A stretch of DNA of 64,000 nucleotides from a bacterium (GTDB lineage Bacteria > Moduliflexota > Moduliflexia > Moduliflexales > JAUQPW01). The position numbers were made by a program, and so were the translations under genes. The stretch covers positions 5,459 to 69,458 of the forward strand of contig JAUQPW010000009.1 of NCBI GenBank assembly GCA_030550175.1. The letters are read 5' to 3'. The notes beneath the pieces are model-generated. The model saw only the letters and a program-made list of their open reading frames with translations, was not told where the DNA came from and did no database searches. Below, piece by piece: positions 52,075 through 62,165 of the stretch (position 1 is the first letter of the stretch; every line of letters begins with the position of its first letter).

Positions 52075-52542
52075 TTAACGACGGTTAAGACGAGATTTAG
52101 AATTTAAACGGTTAACATCTCTGATCCGTGCAGATTCCTTGGCTGCAATGGGAGCCTGACCAACTCCTGACGTCTGGTACTGCGGCCATCTCGCATTTTC
52201 TGGATTAAACGCAACACGGTCCGACGGTAAAGGTGATGTCACACTCCCAAATCGGGACGTATTTGAAAGCCCATTACTGTTAAACCAAGGCCACCGCGCA
52301 CCTTCCGGATTAAAGGCCGTTTGATCTGATCCCTGTCCTCTATCCGGTGGTAAAGCAGGTGGAAGAGGCATTGCAGGTTCGGCGGTTGGCTGATTGAACC
52401 AAGGCCACTTAGCCACTGCCGGATCAAATTCTGTACGATTTCCATTACCAAACCGATCCAGAGCGGTAACTCCGGTCACTGTGAAAAGCAACAGGCTTAT
52501 CACCGCGACAAAAAAGATAGATTGGATTTTAAACCAAGACAT
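52075..52542 (-). CDS. Secreted protein with three F[DN]PxxA[KR]WP repeats
   Basis: Strong SD AAGGAGG, Sec signal peptide, repeats FDPAVAKWPWFN, FNPEGARWPWFN and FNPENARWPQYQ. Confidence 0.7.
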   Translation of the reverse strand: MSWFKIQSIFFVAVISLLLFTVTGVTALDRFGNGNRTEFDPAVAKWPWFNQPTAEPAMPLPPALPPDRGQGSDQTAFNPEGARWPWFNSNGLSNTSRFGSVTSPLPSDRVAFNPENARWPQYQTSGVGQAPIAAKESARIRDVNRLNSKSRLNRR

Positions 52543-52751
52543 ATCGTAACCTCCTTTTTTAAGAATGTTGTAGTTTATACCCTCTCCGTGTTGGAATGTA
52601 ACATAACTGGTAGGAGCAGTTCTCTATGGCTATCCTGTCGAAAGAAAATACCGTAAGGTCGTCCTACCCTTTATGAAACATTTTCACGGTGAATGGGTAA
52701 CCGTTCGACACTTTAAACTATTTCCAAATTTTATGCCAGATTTTCTAAAGC

Positions 52752-52785
52752 AAAAAAGCCTTCTCCTACGCGGGAAAGGCTTTTT
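52752..52785 (-). terminator. Intrinsic terminator after pepA
   Basis: Minus strand AAAAAGCCTTTCCCGCGTAGGAGAAGGCTTTTTT: stem-loop with a U-tract on both strands. Confidence 0.75.
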
Positions 52786-52888
52786 ATATTCAAGAAATTT
52801 TGACAAAAAGTCGCTGGGTTCTCCTTTCTGATTCTACTTTTTATGACATTACTGAGGGGGTGAGGGGTTTTACCCACAAGTTCTGGTT

Positions 52889-54445
52889 TTATTTTTGACT
52901 TAATCCGCTTCCTTTCCAGCTTCTCAGGAACTCGACCAGCAATCGTACTCCAAAACCGGTTCCTCCTTCGGGAATATAAGGTTTCTCTTCAAAATTGCGG
53001 GCCACGTTGGCAATATCCAGGTGAACCCAGGGATAACCTTCGGTAAAATAACTCAGGAAAGCTCCTCCCATAATCGTTCCGGCTCCCACATCTTCGGTAA
53101 TATTTTTTAGATCGGCTATCTTACTCTTGGCCAATTCCCTGTAATCCTCCCACAAAGGAAGTTCCCAAACCCGTTCACCGGAAGTTTCTCCGGCCTGACG
53201 AAGCTTATCCAGAAGAGATTTATCATTTCCCATCATAGCGGCTGCAACCCGACCGAGGGTAATTGCGCAGGCACCGGTAAGAGTTGCCAGGTCAATAACA
53301 GCCTGGGGATTGTATCTTTTAGCATAGGCCAGGACGTCGGCGAGAATCAACCGACCCTCAGCGTCGGTATCTAGAATTTCGATGGTGGTCCCGGAAAGGG
53401 AAGTAACCACATCACCGGGTTTTGTGGCTTTACCACTGGGGAGGTTTTCGGTAGCTCCTATCAATCCGACTACATGAAGGGGGAGGTCCAGCAGCGCTAT
53501 AGCCTGCAGGGTACCTAACACAACCGCAGCTCCGGACATATCGGTCTTCATCTGGTACATTCCCTTTGAGGGTTTCAGAGAAATTCCCCCACTATCAAAG
53601 GTTACCCCCTTACCGGCTAAAACTATCGTATCCAAAGCCAAACTATTCCCTGGTTCTTTGCCGGTTGCCGCTTGCTTCGGATCGTGTTCCAGAATCACAA
53701 ATCGGGGAGGCTCTTCGCTTCCCTTTGCAACGGCTAACAGAGCCCCCATTTTGAGATCCGAGATTTCTTTTTCCGTTAAAATCTGGCATCTTAAACGGCA
53801 GGTTTCGGCCATCTGCCTGGCCTGATTGGCCAGCTCCGAGGGAGTCAGGATATTCGCCGGAGTATTAATCAAGTCCCGAGCAAAGTTAACAGCCTCTGAG
53901 ATAATCCGGGCCGCCCGAATTTCCTCTTCTACTTCTGCTAACCTTTGCTCATCAGCACAGATAAGGATCATGCGATCGATCTCCCTGGTATCCTCTTCTT
54001 TCTTAGACTTATAGGGATCGAATTTATAGAGTCCCAGTAACGTTCCTTCAACCAAAGCCTGGGCTTCTCTGGGATTATCTGTTCCGGGAAGCAGGGTCGC
54101 AAAACTGGTAAATCCCTTTCTTGAAATTTCTTTTGCAGCCTTACCTGCCGCACGACGGAGGGTTTCCAGATTAAATGCTTCTTTTTTTCCAAGCCCTACG
54201 AGCAGAACGGCTTTTGCAGCGAGAGTCGGATCGGCTCCCTGTTTACTTAAATAAATCAGCTGGGTTTCCAGGGCCTTTCCTTTGAAGTTGTTTTCTTGCA
54301 AGACCCGGTGGATCACCCTATGGAGAGATTGATCCAGGGACTTGACGGGTTCCGTAAGATCCTTCGTTTTCTCAAAAAAGTTTAAAACGAGGACATCCAC
54401 AGACTCCTCGTGGATTTTTCCTATTCTGGCCAGAATCTGTTTCAT
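52889..54445 (-). CDS. pepA: Leucyl aminopeptidase (M17)
   Basis: GKGVTFDSGG, MKTDMSG, DTDAEGRL, ATLTGA, HLDIA; start ATG 54445. Confidence 0.93.
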   Translation of the reverse strand: MKQILARIGKIHEESVDVLVLNFFEKTKDLTEPVKSLDQSLHRVIHRVLQENNFKGKALETQLIYLSKQGADPTLAAKAVLLVGLGKKEAFNLETLRRAAGKAAKEISRKGFTSFATLLPGTDNPREAQALVEGTLLGLYKFDPYKSKKEEDTREIDRMILICADEQRLAEVEEEIRAARIISEAVNFARDLINTPANILTPSELANQARQMAETCRLRCQILTEKEISDLKMGALLAVAKGSEEPPRFVILEHDPKQAATGKEPGNSLALDTIVLAGKGVTFDSGGISLKPSKGMYQMKTDMSGAAVVLGTLQAIALLDLPLHVVGLIGATENLPSGKATKPGDVVTSLSGTTIEILDTDAEGRLILADVLAYAKRYNPQAVIDLATLTGACAITLGRVAAAMMGNDKSLLDKLRQAGETSGERVWELPLWEDYRELAKSKIADLKNITEDVGAGTIMGGAFLSYFTEGYPWVHLDIANVARNFEEKPYIPEGGTGFGVRLLVEFLRSWKGSGLSQK

Positions 54446-54452
54446 ATTTCTA

Positions 54453-55016
54453 CTAAAATTTCCCAAATTGCAACATAGAAGCTACCTGAGGAGTAGCCAT
54501 GCGTGCCTGTTCGGTCAATTCTTCGTCAGTTGAACTGGCTATAGGGTGCTTTACGATGATAAAAGGATAATCGGCTGCGTTGTGGGCAGCAGCCATAGCT
54601 TTACCGGTCACTATGAAAGCATCGGTACAAATTACGGCACTGGGAATTCCTTTTTTCTCTAAAGCAATGCCATCGAGCACACTGCTCGAGCTGCAAGAGC
54701 CTCAGTCCCCGATCCCTGCAACCACCAACTGGCATTCCTTTATAAGTTCCTCCAGTTGTTCTGGAGGAGCCGGGCGATAAGCCGAAGGTTTTTTAACAAG
54801 GACGAACTTATGAACGCCATATTCTTTCATGAGAAAATCGCCTACTTTTTTCAGGAGCTTATCGGAGTGGTACTTTCCGTTATCCAAAAGTCCTACGACT
54901 TTTCCTTGAAGAGTACCCCCTCGAGGGGCCTGGGAGAATCCTTCGGAAACAGGTTCTACAGTTGGATCGAAGATGACGAGATTTGTCTGTGGTTTGATTT
55001 CTGTTGTGGGTTGCAT
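54453..55016 (-). CDS. UGSC-family selenoprotein (Sec at TGA 54702-54704), 187 aa
   Basis: GIGD-TGA-GSCSSSSVLDGIALEKKGIP joins two ORF-track fragments in one frame. SECIS-like hairpin TCGAGCA-GTG-TGCTCGA starts 12 nt after UGA. Confidence 0.9.
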
Positions 55017-55106
55017 TTTATCCCTTACCCTTCACCCTTTGTCCGTTCCGTTTTATTGATTCCTCACCTGAAGAGCGCTAAATCCAAAACTACGGACAAA
55101 GAATCC

Positions 55107-56162
55107 TTAATAAATTATAGGTTTTGTAACCGAGCGCGAGTGCTCAATGCCGGTCCATCCAGGAATACAGGCAGAGACACTACCGGCAGATCCACCGGCT
55201 GCAATCACGAGAATATCCTCCAAATTTTGAACGATGGGATAGAGTGTTTTCTCGTCTTCGGGTGTGATGTCCCCGGCCATTCGTCCGCAGCGTTTGATAT
55301 CGGCGATGGATCTACGGGCTTTTTCAGCAAGAAATCTTCGAACATCGGATTTTGTCCAGCCGGCTTCTGCAATTCGTTTCATATGTTCATAACCGATGAC
55401 CACCACGAATTCCCCATTCGGGTGGATGGTCAGACGACCCAGATTTCCCATAACATCCGCCAGGGTCGTTAAAATTCCTTCCGGGGTACGACTGAGGGTA
55501 TTATACACTTGATGGGGAGCATCTCCGGCAAAAACCGTGACCGTACTTATCTCTTTAGGAAAACCTTTCTCTACATGAAGGGGCTCCCAAGGACTCACGG
55601 ACTCATTTTCGGCGATACAATAACTGTACTTTCCAGGATGTCCTAATACAGAACGATCCAGCACCCCGGGAATCGCTCCACAAACATTCATCAGAATCAA
55701 CCGAATAACCCGTCCAAGGGTTGCATTGGCCCTCCGTCCCGGGCCAAAGAGGTTTTCTCCTGCATTTATATCCAGATCCTGGATCACGGGTCCGTTTATA
55801 ATGAGGAGGATTCCCATACCCGACGTACTGGTCATCGGTCCGTGAACGGAAAATGCAGGATCGCACAGAGCTTCCACAGCAGCAAGGATCACCGGCATAT
55901 AAGCAGGTAGACAACCAGCCATGACTGCATTGATGGCGATCTTTTCTGCGGTTATGACCCGACGCCGAACGGGAATCTGTCCGATAATTTCATCGGGTTC
56001 TTTCTTCACATAATCCAGCATTTCCCAGATCCGATCTTCTGTAGGCGGAACTACCGGAAGCCCATCGGTCCAGCCTTTCTGAAAATAAAACTCGATGGCC
56101 TCTAGAGAATCCTTCACTTCAAACCTTCGGGATAATAATTCTTTCCTGGGCATTTGGCTCAA
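55107..56162 (-). CDS. UGSC-associated partner protein (WTDGLPVVPPT family)
   Basis: GWTDGLPVVPPT, INAVMAGC, RANATLGR, GHPGKYSYCIAENE motifs; this family typically accompanies UGSC proteins. Confidence 0.7.
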   Translation of the reverse strand: MSQMPRKELLSRRFEVKDSLEAIEFYFQKGWTDGLPVVPPTEDRIWEMLDYVKKEPDEIIGQIPVRRRVITAEKIAINAVMAGCLPAYMPVILAAVEALCDPAFSVHGPMTSTSGMGILLIINGPVIQDLDINAGENLFGPGRRANATLGRVIRLILMNVCGAIPGVLDRSVLGHPGKYSYCIAENESVSPWEPLHVEKGFPKEISTVTVFAGDAPHQVYNTLSRTPEGILTTLADVMGNLGRLTIHPNGEFVVVIGYEHMKRIAEAGWTKSDVRRFLAEKARRSIADIKRCGRMAGDITPEDEKTLYPIVQNLEDILVIAAGGSAGSVSACIPGWTGIEHSRSVTKPIIY

Positions 56163-56231
56163 AAATCAAAAAGGTAGAAGGTAAAAGCCATAAAGCAGCA
56201 GCCGTTTATACAGGTCGGTTTATTTGTGACT

Positions 56232-56600
56232 TCAATCTCCCATAATAGGGGTTGGTCGGCCGTTTTCATCGACCGCCACATAAATAACTTCTGCTTCCGT
56301 TACCTTAACCTTTGATTTATGACTCGTTCCACGTTCGGCTTCGACTATAACATGGACCGTTAAAGAGGTACGTCCTACCCGGATAACCTGGGCATAAAAA
56401 CTCACTAGATCTCCCACATAAACAGGAGCCACGAACTCCACTTCTCGCATGGCCTTGGTAACAAACCTTTTAGGAGCGTATTTATGGGCCTCTATCCCCC
56501 CGGCCAGGTCGATATAGCTCAAAATAACCCCACCAAAAATAGTTCCGAACCCGTTGGTATCCCGGGGGAGCATCATCACGCGAATAGCCGGCTCTTGCAC
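56232..56600 (-). CDS. Acyl-CoA thioesterase (HotDog, YciA-like)
   Basis: [41 protein letters not shown]. Confidence 0.9.
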   Translation of the reverse strand: MQEPAIRVMMLPRDTNGFGTIFGGVILSYIDLAGGIEAHKYAPKRFVTKAMREVEFVAPVYVGDLVSFYAQVIRVGRTSLTVHVIVEAERGTSHKSKVKVTEAEVIYVAVDENGRPTPIMGD

Positions 56601-56675
56601 AAATTAATCGATGCCGGATAAGGGATGACCAGCAAGGGTAGAAGTTAAAGGTCTTACAGCTTCTAACCCCATCCT

Positions 56676-57572
56676 TTATCCTGCATCACTCGGTGGGAGG
56701 GTTTTGATCAGATTTCCCGTTTTGGCGTCCCAAATACGGATAGTATCATCGAAGCTGCCACTGGCCAGATAATTACCATCGGGACTGTAGGAAACCGACA
56801 TAACCTGTTTGGTATGTCCTTTAATTAATAATTCTAAGTTTCCCGTTTCAAGATTCCAGATGCGAATGGAATGATCATCCTTTCCCCCTCCACTGGCCAG
56901 GTGCTTTCCATCCGGACTATAAGAAAGACTCATTACGGATCCCGTATGACCCAATAGGGTATGAACTTCCCTTCCCGTCTGGGTGTCCCATATTTTGATA
57001 GAATCATCAAAACTTCCGCTGGCTAAATAGGAACCACCTTCCAGATAGACCAGAGTTTTAACATGTTTTAAATGCCCTTCCAGTATAAATAGGGTCTCTT
57101 CCGTTTCCACATTCCAGATTCTGATCTTTCGATCCATTCCTCCACTGGCTAAATAGCGACCATCCGGACTGTAACAAACCGTAAAAACCTGATCCGTATG
57201 ACCCTCCAAGGTTTTTACCTCTTTGGTAATCAGATTACAAATTTTAACCTGCCTGTCCCGACTGCCGCTGGCTATACTTTCTCCATCAGGACTATAAACT
57301 ACACTGAATACATCTGCTGTATGGATCCTTAAACTGTATAACGCTTTACCGGTTGCCGCCTCCCATATTCGAATACTTTTATCTCTACTCCCACTGAGTA
57401 TGTACCTTCCATCTGGACTGTAACAGACGCTATACACCGCATCGTAGTGCCCACCCAACGTCATGATTTCTTTACCGGTTTGAACTTCAAAGATTTTTAC
57501 CTGGCTATTACTACTACTGGCTACCAAATAAGTTCCATCTGGACTATAGGCAATACAGGTAACTTTAATCAT
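56676..57572 (-). CDS. Stand-alone WD40-repeat protein (about 7 blades)
   Basis: Repeated GH...V..V.YSPDG.YLASGS.D..I.IW units. Confidence 0.92.
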   Translation of the reverse strand: MIKVTCIAYSPDGTYLVASSSNSQVKIFEVQTGKEIMTLGGHYDAVYSVCYSPDGRYILSGSRDKSIRIWEAATGKALYSLRIHTADVFSVVYSPDGESIASGSRDRQVKICNLITKEVKTLEGHTDQVFTVCYSPDGRYLASGGMDRKIRIWNVETEETLFILEGHLKHVKTLVYLEGGSYLASGSFDDSIKIWDTQTGREVHTLLGHTGSVMSLSYSPDGKHLASGGGKDDHSIRIWNLETGNLELLIKGHTKQVMSVSYSPDGNYLASGSFDDTIRIWDAKTGNLIKTLPPSDAG

Positions 57573-57713
57573 TTTTAACCTACCGGAATTCAGAGGCCAG
57601 AATTCAGAAGAAGGAACATAACGTCCGACAATACGCTTTGCCTTCTATCCATCCAGGAATAATTCCTTGAAGTAAGATCTAAATTCTGACTCCTGAGTAA
57701 CGTCTAAAACGAT

Positions 57714-58151
57714 TTACAATTCATGGTACTTCAAAATCTTCAAAACCACTTTAGGCTGACGGGGATCTAACTTTTGCCTGACTTCATAAAACTCGTTAAG
57801 TTTAGTTATTTCTTCTGAAAGGTAGATTTGATAGGCTTCATGAACCTTTTCCAGGGTCCAACTGACCCGGGTTGGATTCCAATAATAACCCTTAGAAAAC
57901 TCCATAGGATCATTCTCCACCTGAGTGATATAATTTACAGCACATTTTGTACAAACGGCATAACCTTGAAACCACCAATCTTTGCGAAGCTCGCGCTCTG
58001 AACCCTCCACCTTTTCGTAATCACAGCTAAAAAAGCGTGCATTTAACCTGTTTCCACAATACAGGCAAGGCTGCTTCTTTAATATTTCCACGGCTCCTCT
58101 GGCATTTCCAGGGGAAATAAGATCATATTTGAAACGATCCCACAGTCCCAT
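57714..58151 (-). CDS. Hypothetical protein with CxxC...CxxC (putative Zn ribbon)
   Basis: CLYC and CTKC pairs; start at ATG 58151 is uncertain (ORF is open from 58238). Confidence 0.5.
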   Translation of the reverse strand: MGLWDRFKYDLISPGNARGAVEILKKQPCLYCGNRLNARFFSCDYEKVEGSERELRKDWWFQGYAVCTKCAVNYITQVENDPMEFSKGYYWNPTRVSWTLEKVHEAYQIYLSEEITKLNEFYEVRQKLDPRQPKVVLKILKYHEL

Positions 58152-58245
58152 TTTCCCTTGCGGGTCCGTAAGTATAGAGGTAATTTCAGACGACCGGTCT
58201 ATCCGCCGGTCATTTTTTAGATTAAGATAAGGACCCAAGACCTCT

Positions 58246-60321
58246 TTACTCTAAAGATAGCCAGGGAACCTGAAAAGTTCCCGGAATTTCAATAATAGTT
58301 GTAAAATTCGAATATAGGGCCTCTTTAAGGGCAGATTTTAGCTCCGAGGGATCTTTTAATCGAATTCCTCGCGCCCCAAAAGCTTCTGCAAATTTCATAA
58401 AGTCAGGAGTATAGAGATCCACCTCAAAGCTACGGCCATATCGAATTTCTTGAAAACCCTTGAGAACGCCATAGCTTCTATCGTTGAAAATCAGTATGGG
58501 AATATTTAGCCGGTATTTGACTGCCGTAGCCAATTCCTGGCAAGTAAACATGAATCCTCCATCTCCACAAAGGGCTATAACCTGTCGGTCAGGATAGGCA
58601 ACTTTAGCTCCAATCGCTGCGGGTAAGCCAAATCCCAGGGTGGTAGAACCATAGGGATATAAGAACGTCCTTGGCCGACGTACTTTAAAATACCGTCCGG
58701 TCCAGTAAGTCATGATGGTCATATCATTGGCCACAATGGCATTTGGCTCTAAAATCTCTTGGAGATCCCAAACTATCTGGAGTTCTTTTTCCCGACGGCC
58801 TGACTTGAGAAGTCCTTCAATTTCCTTCTTCAGCTCGGCTACTTTATTTTGCACTTCTTCGAATTCAGATACTCGAGATAGATTTTTTTCTTTTAGTTCT
58901 TTCAAGATTTCTGCCAAAACTTGTTTGGCATCCCCCACAATACCTACTTCAACCGGATAGTTTTTTCCGATCTCTTTTTCATCCAGGTCAATCTGGATCC
59001 TGCAGGCCGGTAAAGGTAATCGCCAATTATCGGTGGTCGCTTCACCGAGTTTCGTTCCGATGATGATTAAACAATCCACTTTAGATAGAAATTTCTGTAC
59101 AAAGGGACTCTTCGCTGGATTTCCTCTATAGATAAGGAGTCCATTTATACAACCCAGGGCCAGGGGGTGATCTTCAGGGAGGATTCCCTTTCCCTGAAAG
59201 GTTGTTATAACCGGAGCACTCAGCCGTTCTGCAAGTTCACGGATTTCTACCTCAGCTCCTGATCGAATCGTTCCACCTCCAGCTAAAATTAAAGGATTTC
59301 TGACCTGCTGTAAGATGGCTATCACTTCTTTAATCTTTTGGGGATCACCGGATCTTCTCATCCACGGAACCTTCTCCGGAATAGTTACCTGGCCCTCGCT
59401 ACTTAGAATATCTGTGGGAATTTCGATCTGTACCGGTCCGGGTCTCTGGGTTTTTAATTTTTTAAAGGCCTCCTGGATCACCGAAGGGATTTCCTCTAAA
59501 TTTTGAACTCGATGATTCCATCGGGTAACCGATTTAAATAGATTATAATGATCTTTAATTTCGTGAACCCCTCCTTTTCCGCTATCCACCAATTTAGAAT
59601 GAATTTGCGCCATGAGAATTAAGACCGGAGAAGAGCTCGCGTAGGCTTCCATAGCCGGGGTAATGACATTACCTCCCCCTGGGCCCGGGGTTATTAAGCA
59701 AACGCCCGGTTTTCCGGTTACCCGCGCATAGGCATCGGCCATAAATCCGGCTCCCTGTTCGTGCATGGTTTGAATGTGACGAATCTCAGGGTAATCCACC
59801 AACACATCATAAAGAGGCAATGCATGAACTCCAGGAATCCCGAAAATAACTTCAACCCCTTTTGCCTTCAGGGTTCGAATAACTGCCTCGGCTCCTTTCA
59901 TCCGATAGGATTTCCCCGATAGAATCTCTGCCGATTCCGGTTTCACTTTGGCCGCAAACCTTTTCTTATCGATAATCGCCCGTTCATGGAATCCCTCTCC
60001 GATTTTTTCCCTTTCGTTATATGCCTCTACTTCGAACATACAGCGTCTATCCCGGATCTCGATCAATCGGGATTTGGCCGTAACCTTCATTCCTATCGGA
60101 GTTGGTCTCAGGTGTCTGATATTCACGGCTGTTCCTACAGAACTTTCTCCTTGATCTAAATAGGGTTCTAAGAGCTTCCTGGAGGTATCTTCCATCAATC
60201 TGATCATGGAAGGAGTCGAGAAAACCGAGGGATATTCTGGACCCAGATACGTAATTCCCTCTTCAGGTGCTACGGTAATCGTCTGTTCAAAACTTAATCC
60301 AGCTTTAAGTCCTTCTTTCAT
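58246..60321 (-). CDS. Fusion of FlK-type HotDog thioesterase and ThDP-dependent (acetolactate synthase-like) enzyme
   Basis: Residues 1-125: VFSTP.MI.LME, SVGTAVNIRHL.PTP.G, GFHER. From residue 141: FGIPG, HEQGAGFMAD, PGPG, GDGGF...NDRSYG. Confidence 0.85.
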   Translation of the reverse strand: MKEGLKAGLSFEQTITVAPEEGITYLGPEYPSVFSTPSMIRLMEDTSRKLLEPYLDQGESSVGTAVNIRHLRPTPIGMKVTAKSRLIEIRDRRCMFEVEAYNEREKIGEGFHERAIIDKKRFAAKVKPESAEILSGKSYRMKGAEAVIRTLKAKGVEVIFGIPGVHALPLYDVLVDYPEIRHIQTMHEQGAGFMADAYARVTGKPGVCLITPGPGGGNVITPAMEAYASSSPVLILMAQIHSKLVDSGKGGVHEIKDHYNLFKSVTRWNHRVQNLEEIPSVIQEAFKKLKTQRPGPVQIEIPTDILSSEGQVTIPEKVPWMRRSGDPQKIKEVIAILQQVRNPLILAGGGTIRSGAEVEIRELAERLSAPVITTFQGKGILPEDHPLALGCINGLLIYRGNPAKSPFVQKFLSKVDCLIIIGTKLGEATTDNWRLPLPACRIQIDLDEKEIGKNYPVEVGIVGDAKQVLAEILKELKEKNLSRVSEFEEVQNKVAELKKEIEGLLKSGRREKELQIVWDLQEILEPNAIVANDMTIMTYWTGRYFKVRRPRTFLYPYGSTTLGFGLPAAIGAKVAYPDRQVIALCGDGGFMFTCQELATAVKYRLNIPILIFNDRSYGVLKGFQEIRYGRSFEVDLYTPDFMKFAEAFGARGIRLKDPSELKSALKEALYSNFTTIIEIPGTFQVPWLSLE

Positions 60322-60535
60322 GGGTTATAACCCACGAATTATACGAATCACACAAATCCGTTTAATCCAGGGTTGTAGGAAATTTAAAACCTGCCTTCTT
60401 TATAGCGATCCTGTTACCTGTATTTAATGCGATGGGGCCCCGTTGTCAAGATGCAGTTTAGATTCCCCCGGCAAACCCGGTGGGAAAGAAACTTTTTATT
60501 ATTGACGAGGCCGACTTTTCTTCCATAAAATTTAA

Positions 60536-60826
60536 ATGGTTATCCACTCTAAAAACCCAAAGAACGTAAAAAGAATAAAGGGGGATAGAGAATTGAACGA
60601 ACTTTTTCAAGCTATAGATCTGCTCTTAGAACAAATGATTTCCCAGCAAAGGGAAAAAGTCTACCAGGTTGCTCAAGAAATTAATCCTCGATTAACTCGG
60701 GATGATATCCTGGATCCTGCCGGTTTTCCAGAGCTGGCCTCCAACCCCAGATTTAATTATGAAGATGGTATTCTGGCCGGACTGATCAGTGCCCAGATGG
60801 CACTTCGGGCTCATATACAACGTTAA
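60536..60826 (+). CDS. Small hypothetical helical protein (start may be later)
   Basis: Plausible composition; stop lies 1 bp before the next ATG; preceded by TTGACG-N18-TAAAAT. Confidence 0.55.
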   Translation: MVIHSKNPKNVKRIKGDRELNELFQAIDLLLEQMISQQREKVYQVAQEINPRLTRDDILDPAGFPELASNPRFNYEDGILAGLISAQMALRAHIQR

Positions 60827-60827
60827 T

Positions 60828-61433
60828 ATGAAACAACATCCTATTTTTGCAGCTACCTATAACTGGATTATGATTCCACAAGATTGGTTGGGTCTTCGGA
60901 AACAGAGACAAAAAGTGGTCTGGGCTGCAAAGGGAAAAGTCTTAGAACTGGGGATAGGAACGGGATTAAACCTTCCTTATTATCGGGACGTCGAGAAAGT
61001 CGTAGGGATTGATCCAGAGCCCCATATGCTTAAAAGGGCCCATAGGGAATTAAAAAGGGCTTCCGTATCTATTGAACTTATCCAGTGTAGTGCAGAAGAC
61101 CTTCCCTTTAAAAATTCTAGCTTTGATACGGTTATATCGACCCTGGTCTTCTGCTCAATTCCAGAGGTAGATAAAGCAACCCAAGAAGTTCATAGGGTCT
61201 TAAAACCTACCGGAACCTTTAGATTTCTGGAGCATATCAGGACCAAAACTCCAATTTTGGCTAAAGTTCAGGATACCTTAACCCCAGGTTGGAAAAAACT
61301 CTATGCCGGTTGTCATCTGAACCGGGATACTCTGTCCATTTTCCGACGAAACGGTTTTGAGATCGTGGAATTACAGAGTGTTGTATATGACGTGGTATTA
61401 AGAGGTGTGGCTAAACCCAAGACGATTTCCTAA
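60828..61433 (+). CDS. Class I SAM-dependent methyltransferase
   Basis: VLELGIGTG, GIDP, AEDLPF, FDTV, LKPTG, GCHLNRD. Confidence 0.88.
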   Translation: MKQHPIFAATYNWIMIPQDWLGLRKQRQKVVWAAKGKVLELGIGTGLNLPYYRDVEKVVGIDPEPHMLKRAHRELKRASVSIELIQCSAEDLPFKNSSFDTVISTLVFCSIPEVDKATQEVHRVLKPTGTFRFLEHIRTKTPILAKVQDTLTPGWKKLYAGCHLNRDTLSIFRRNGFEIVELQSVVYDVVLRGVAKPKTIS

Positions 61434-61591
61434 CAAAAGGGAAATGAACTTTATCCAACCCGAATCTTCAGGAATCCCGGCAAAGGGATAAAGAATTTCG
61501 TATTCAAAAGGAGTAGGGACGACCGGTCGGTCATCCCTACAAGGGATTATACGGTATATTCGATCAGAATGGGTAGACAGGGTAAAAGGCC

Positions 61592-61921
61592 TTATCGGAG
61601 AGGATGTCCAGCTCCCCCTGTGCCGGAAGCCTGTCCCCCACCGGCTGCTTTACCCGTACCGGTGGCACTTCCCTTGCCAATAGCAATTCCACTACCAGAA
61701 ACGGTGCCGGTTCCTTTTTTAGCACGAACTTTACCGTGACTACCCCGATAAATAACCACTCCGGTACCGCTGGCGCTACCTGTACCCATGGTCGTACCAC
61801 CGCCTTTAATACTGCCGGTTCCCCGAACTCCACCTCTTCCACTAACTTCACCGGCCATAACCGGAATAGAGAAAGTAGCCAACAAAACTACCATACCTAT
61901 GGCTATAAGCATTCTTTTCAT
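61592..61921 (-). CDS. Secreted Gly-rich xGxGxx hexapeptide-repeat protein (paralog 1)
   Basis: SD AGGAGG, signal peptide ending VMA, 5 + 6 hexapeptide repeats around a basic insert. Confidence 0.75.
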   Translation of the reverse strand: MKRMLIAIGMVVLLATFSIPVMAGEVSGRGGVRGTGSIKGGGTTMGTGSASGTGVVIYRGSHGKVRAKKGTGTVSGSGIAIGKGSATGTGKAAGGGQASGTGGAGHPLR

Positions 61922-62138
61922 GAGGTACCTCCTCTTGATATTTGGTGAAAGTTACCTGAATTCCTTTGTAAGTAACCCATCGTAAACTTTTGTAATAAAT
62001 TCCCAAACGGTCCGGTAGAAGCAAGTTTCAATTCCGCTCCTACTCCCACGACAACAACCGTAGAAATCTTAAAATTATTTAGGACCGTTTGCTTATCATC
62101 AGCCTTTCTTCAACCGAAGTAAGGTCGTTCTACTTCAG

Positions 62139-62165
62139 AAGACGTAATGACCTAAAAAAGGTTCC
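62139..62165 (-). promoter_or_regulatory. ECF sigma-type promoter upstream of paralog 1
   Basis: Minus strand GGAAC-N16-CGTCTT. Confidence 0.55.

Noticed and set aside
54756-55472. 238-aa plus-strand ORF and other long antisense ORFs (e.g. 9587-10177, 45158-45742, 47324-47854)
   Set aside because: Shadow frames opposite well-supported genes, with no recognisable motifs.
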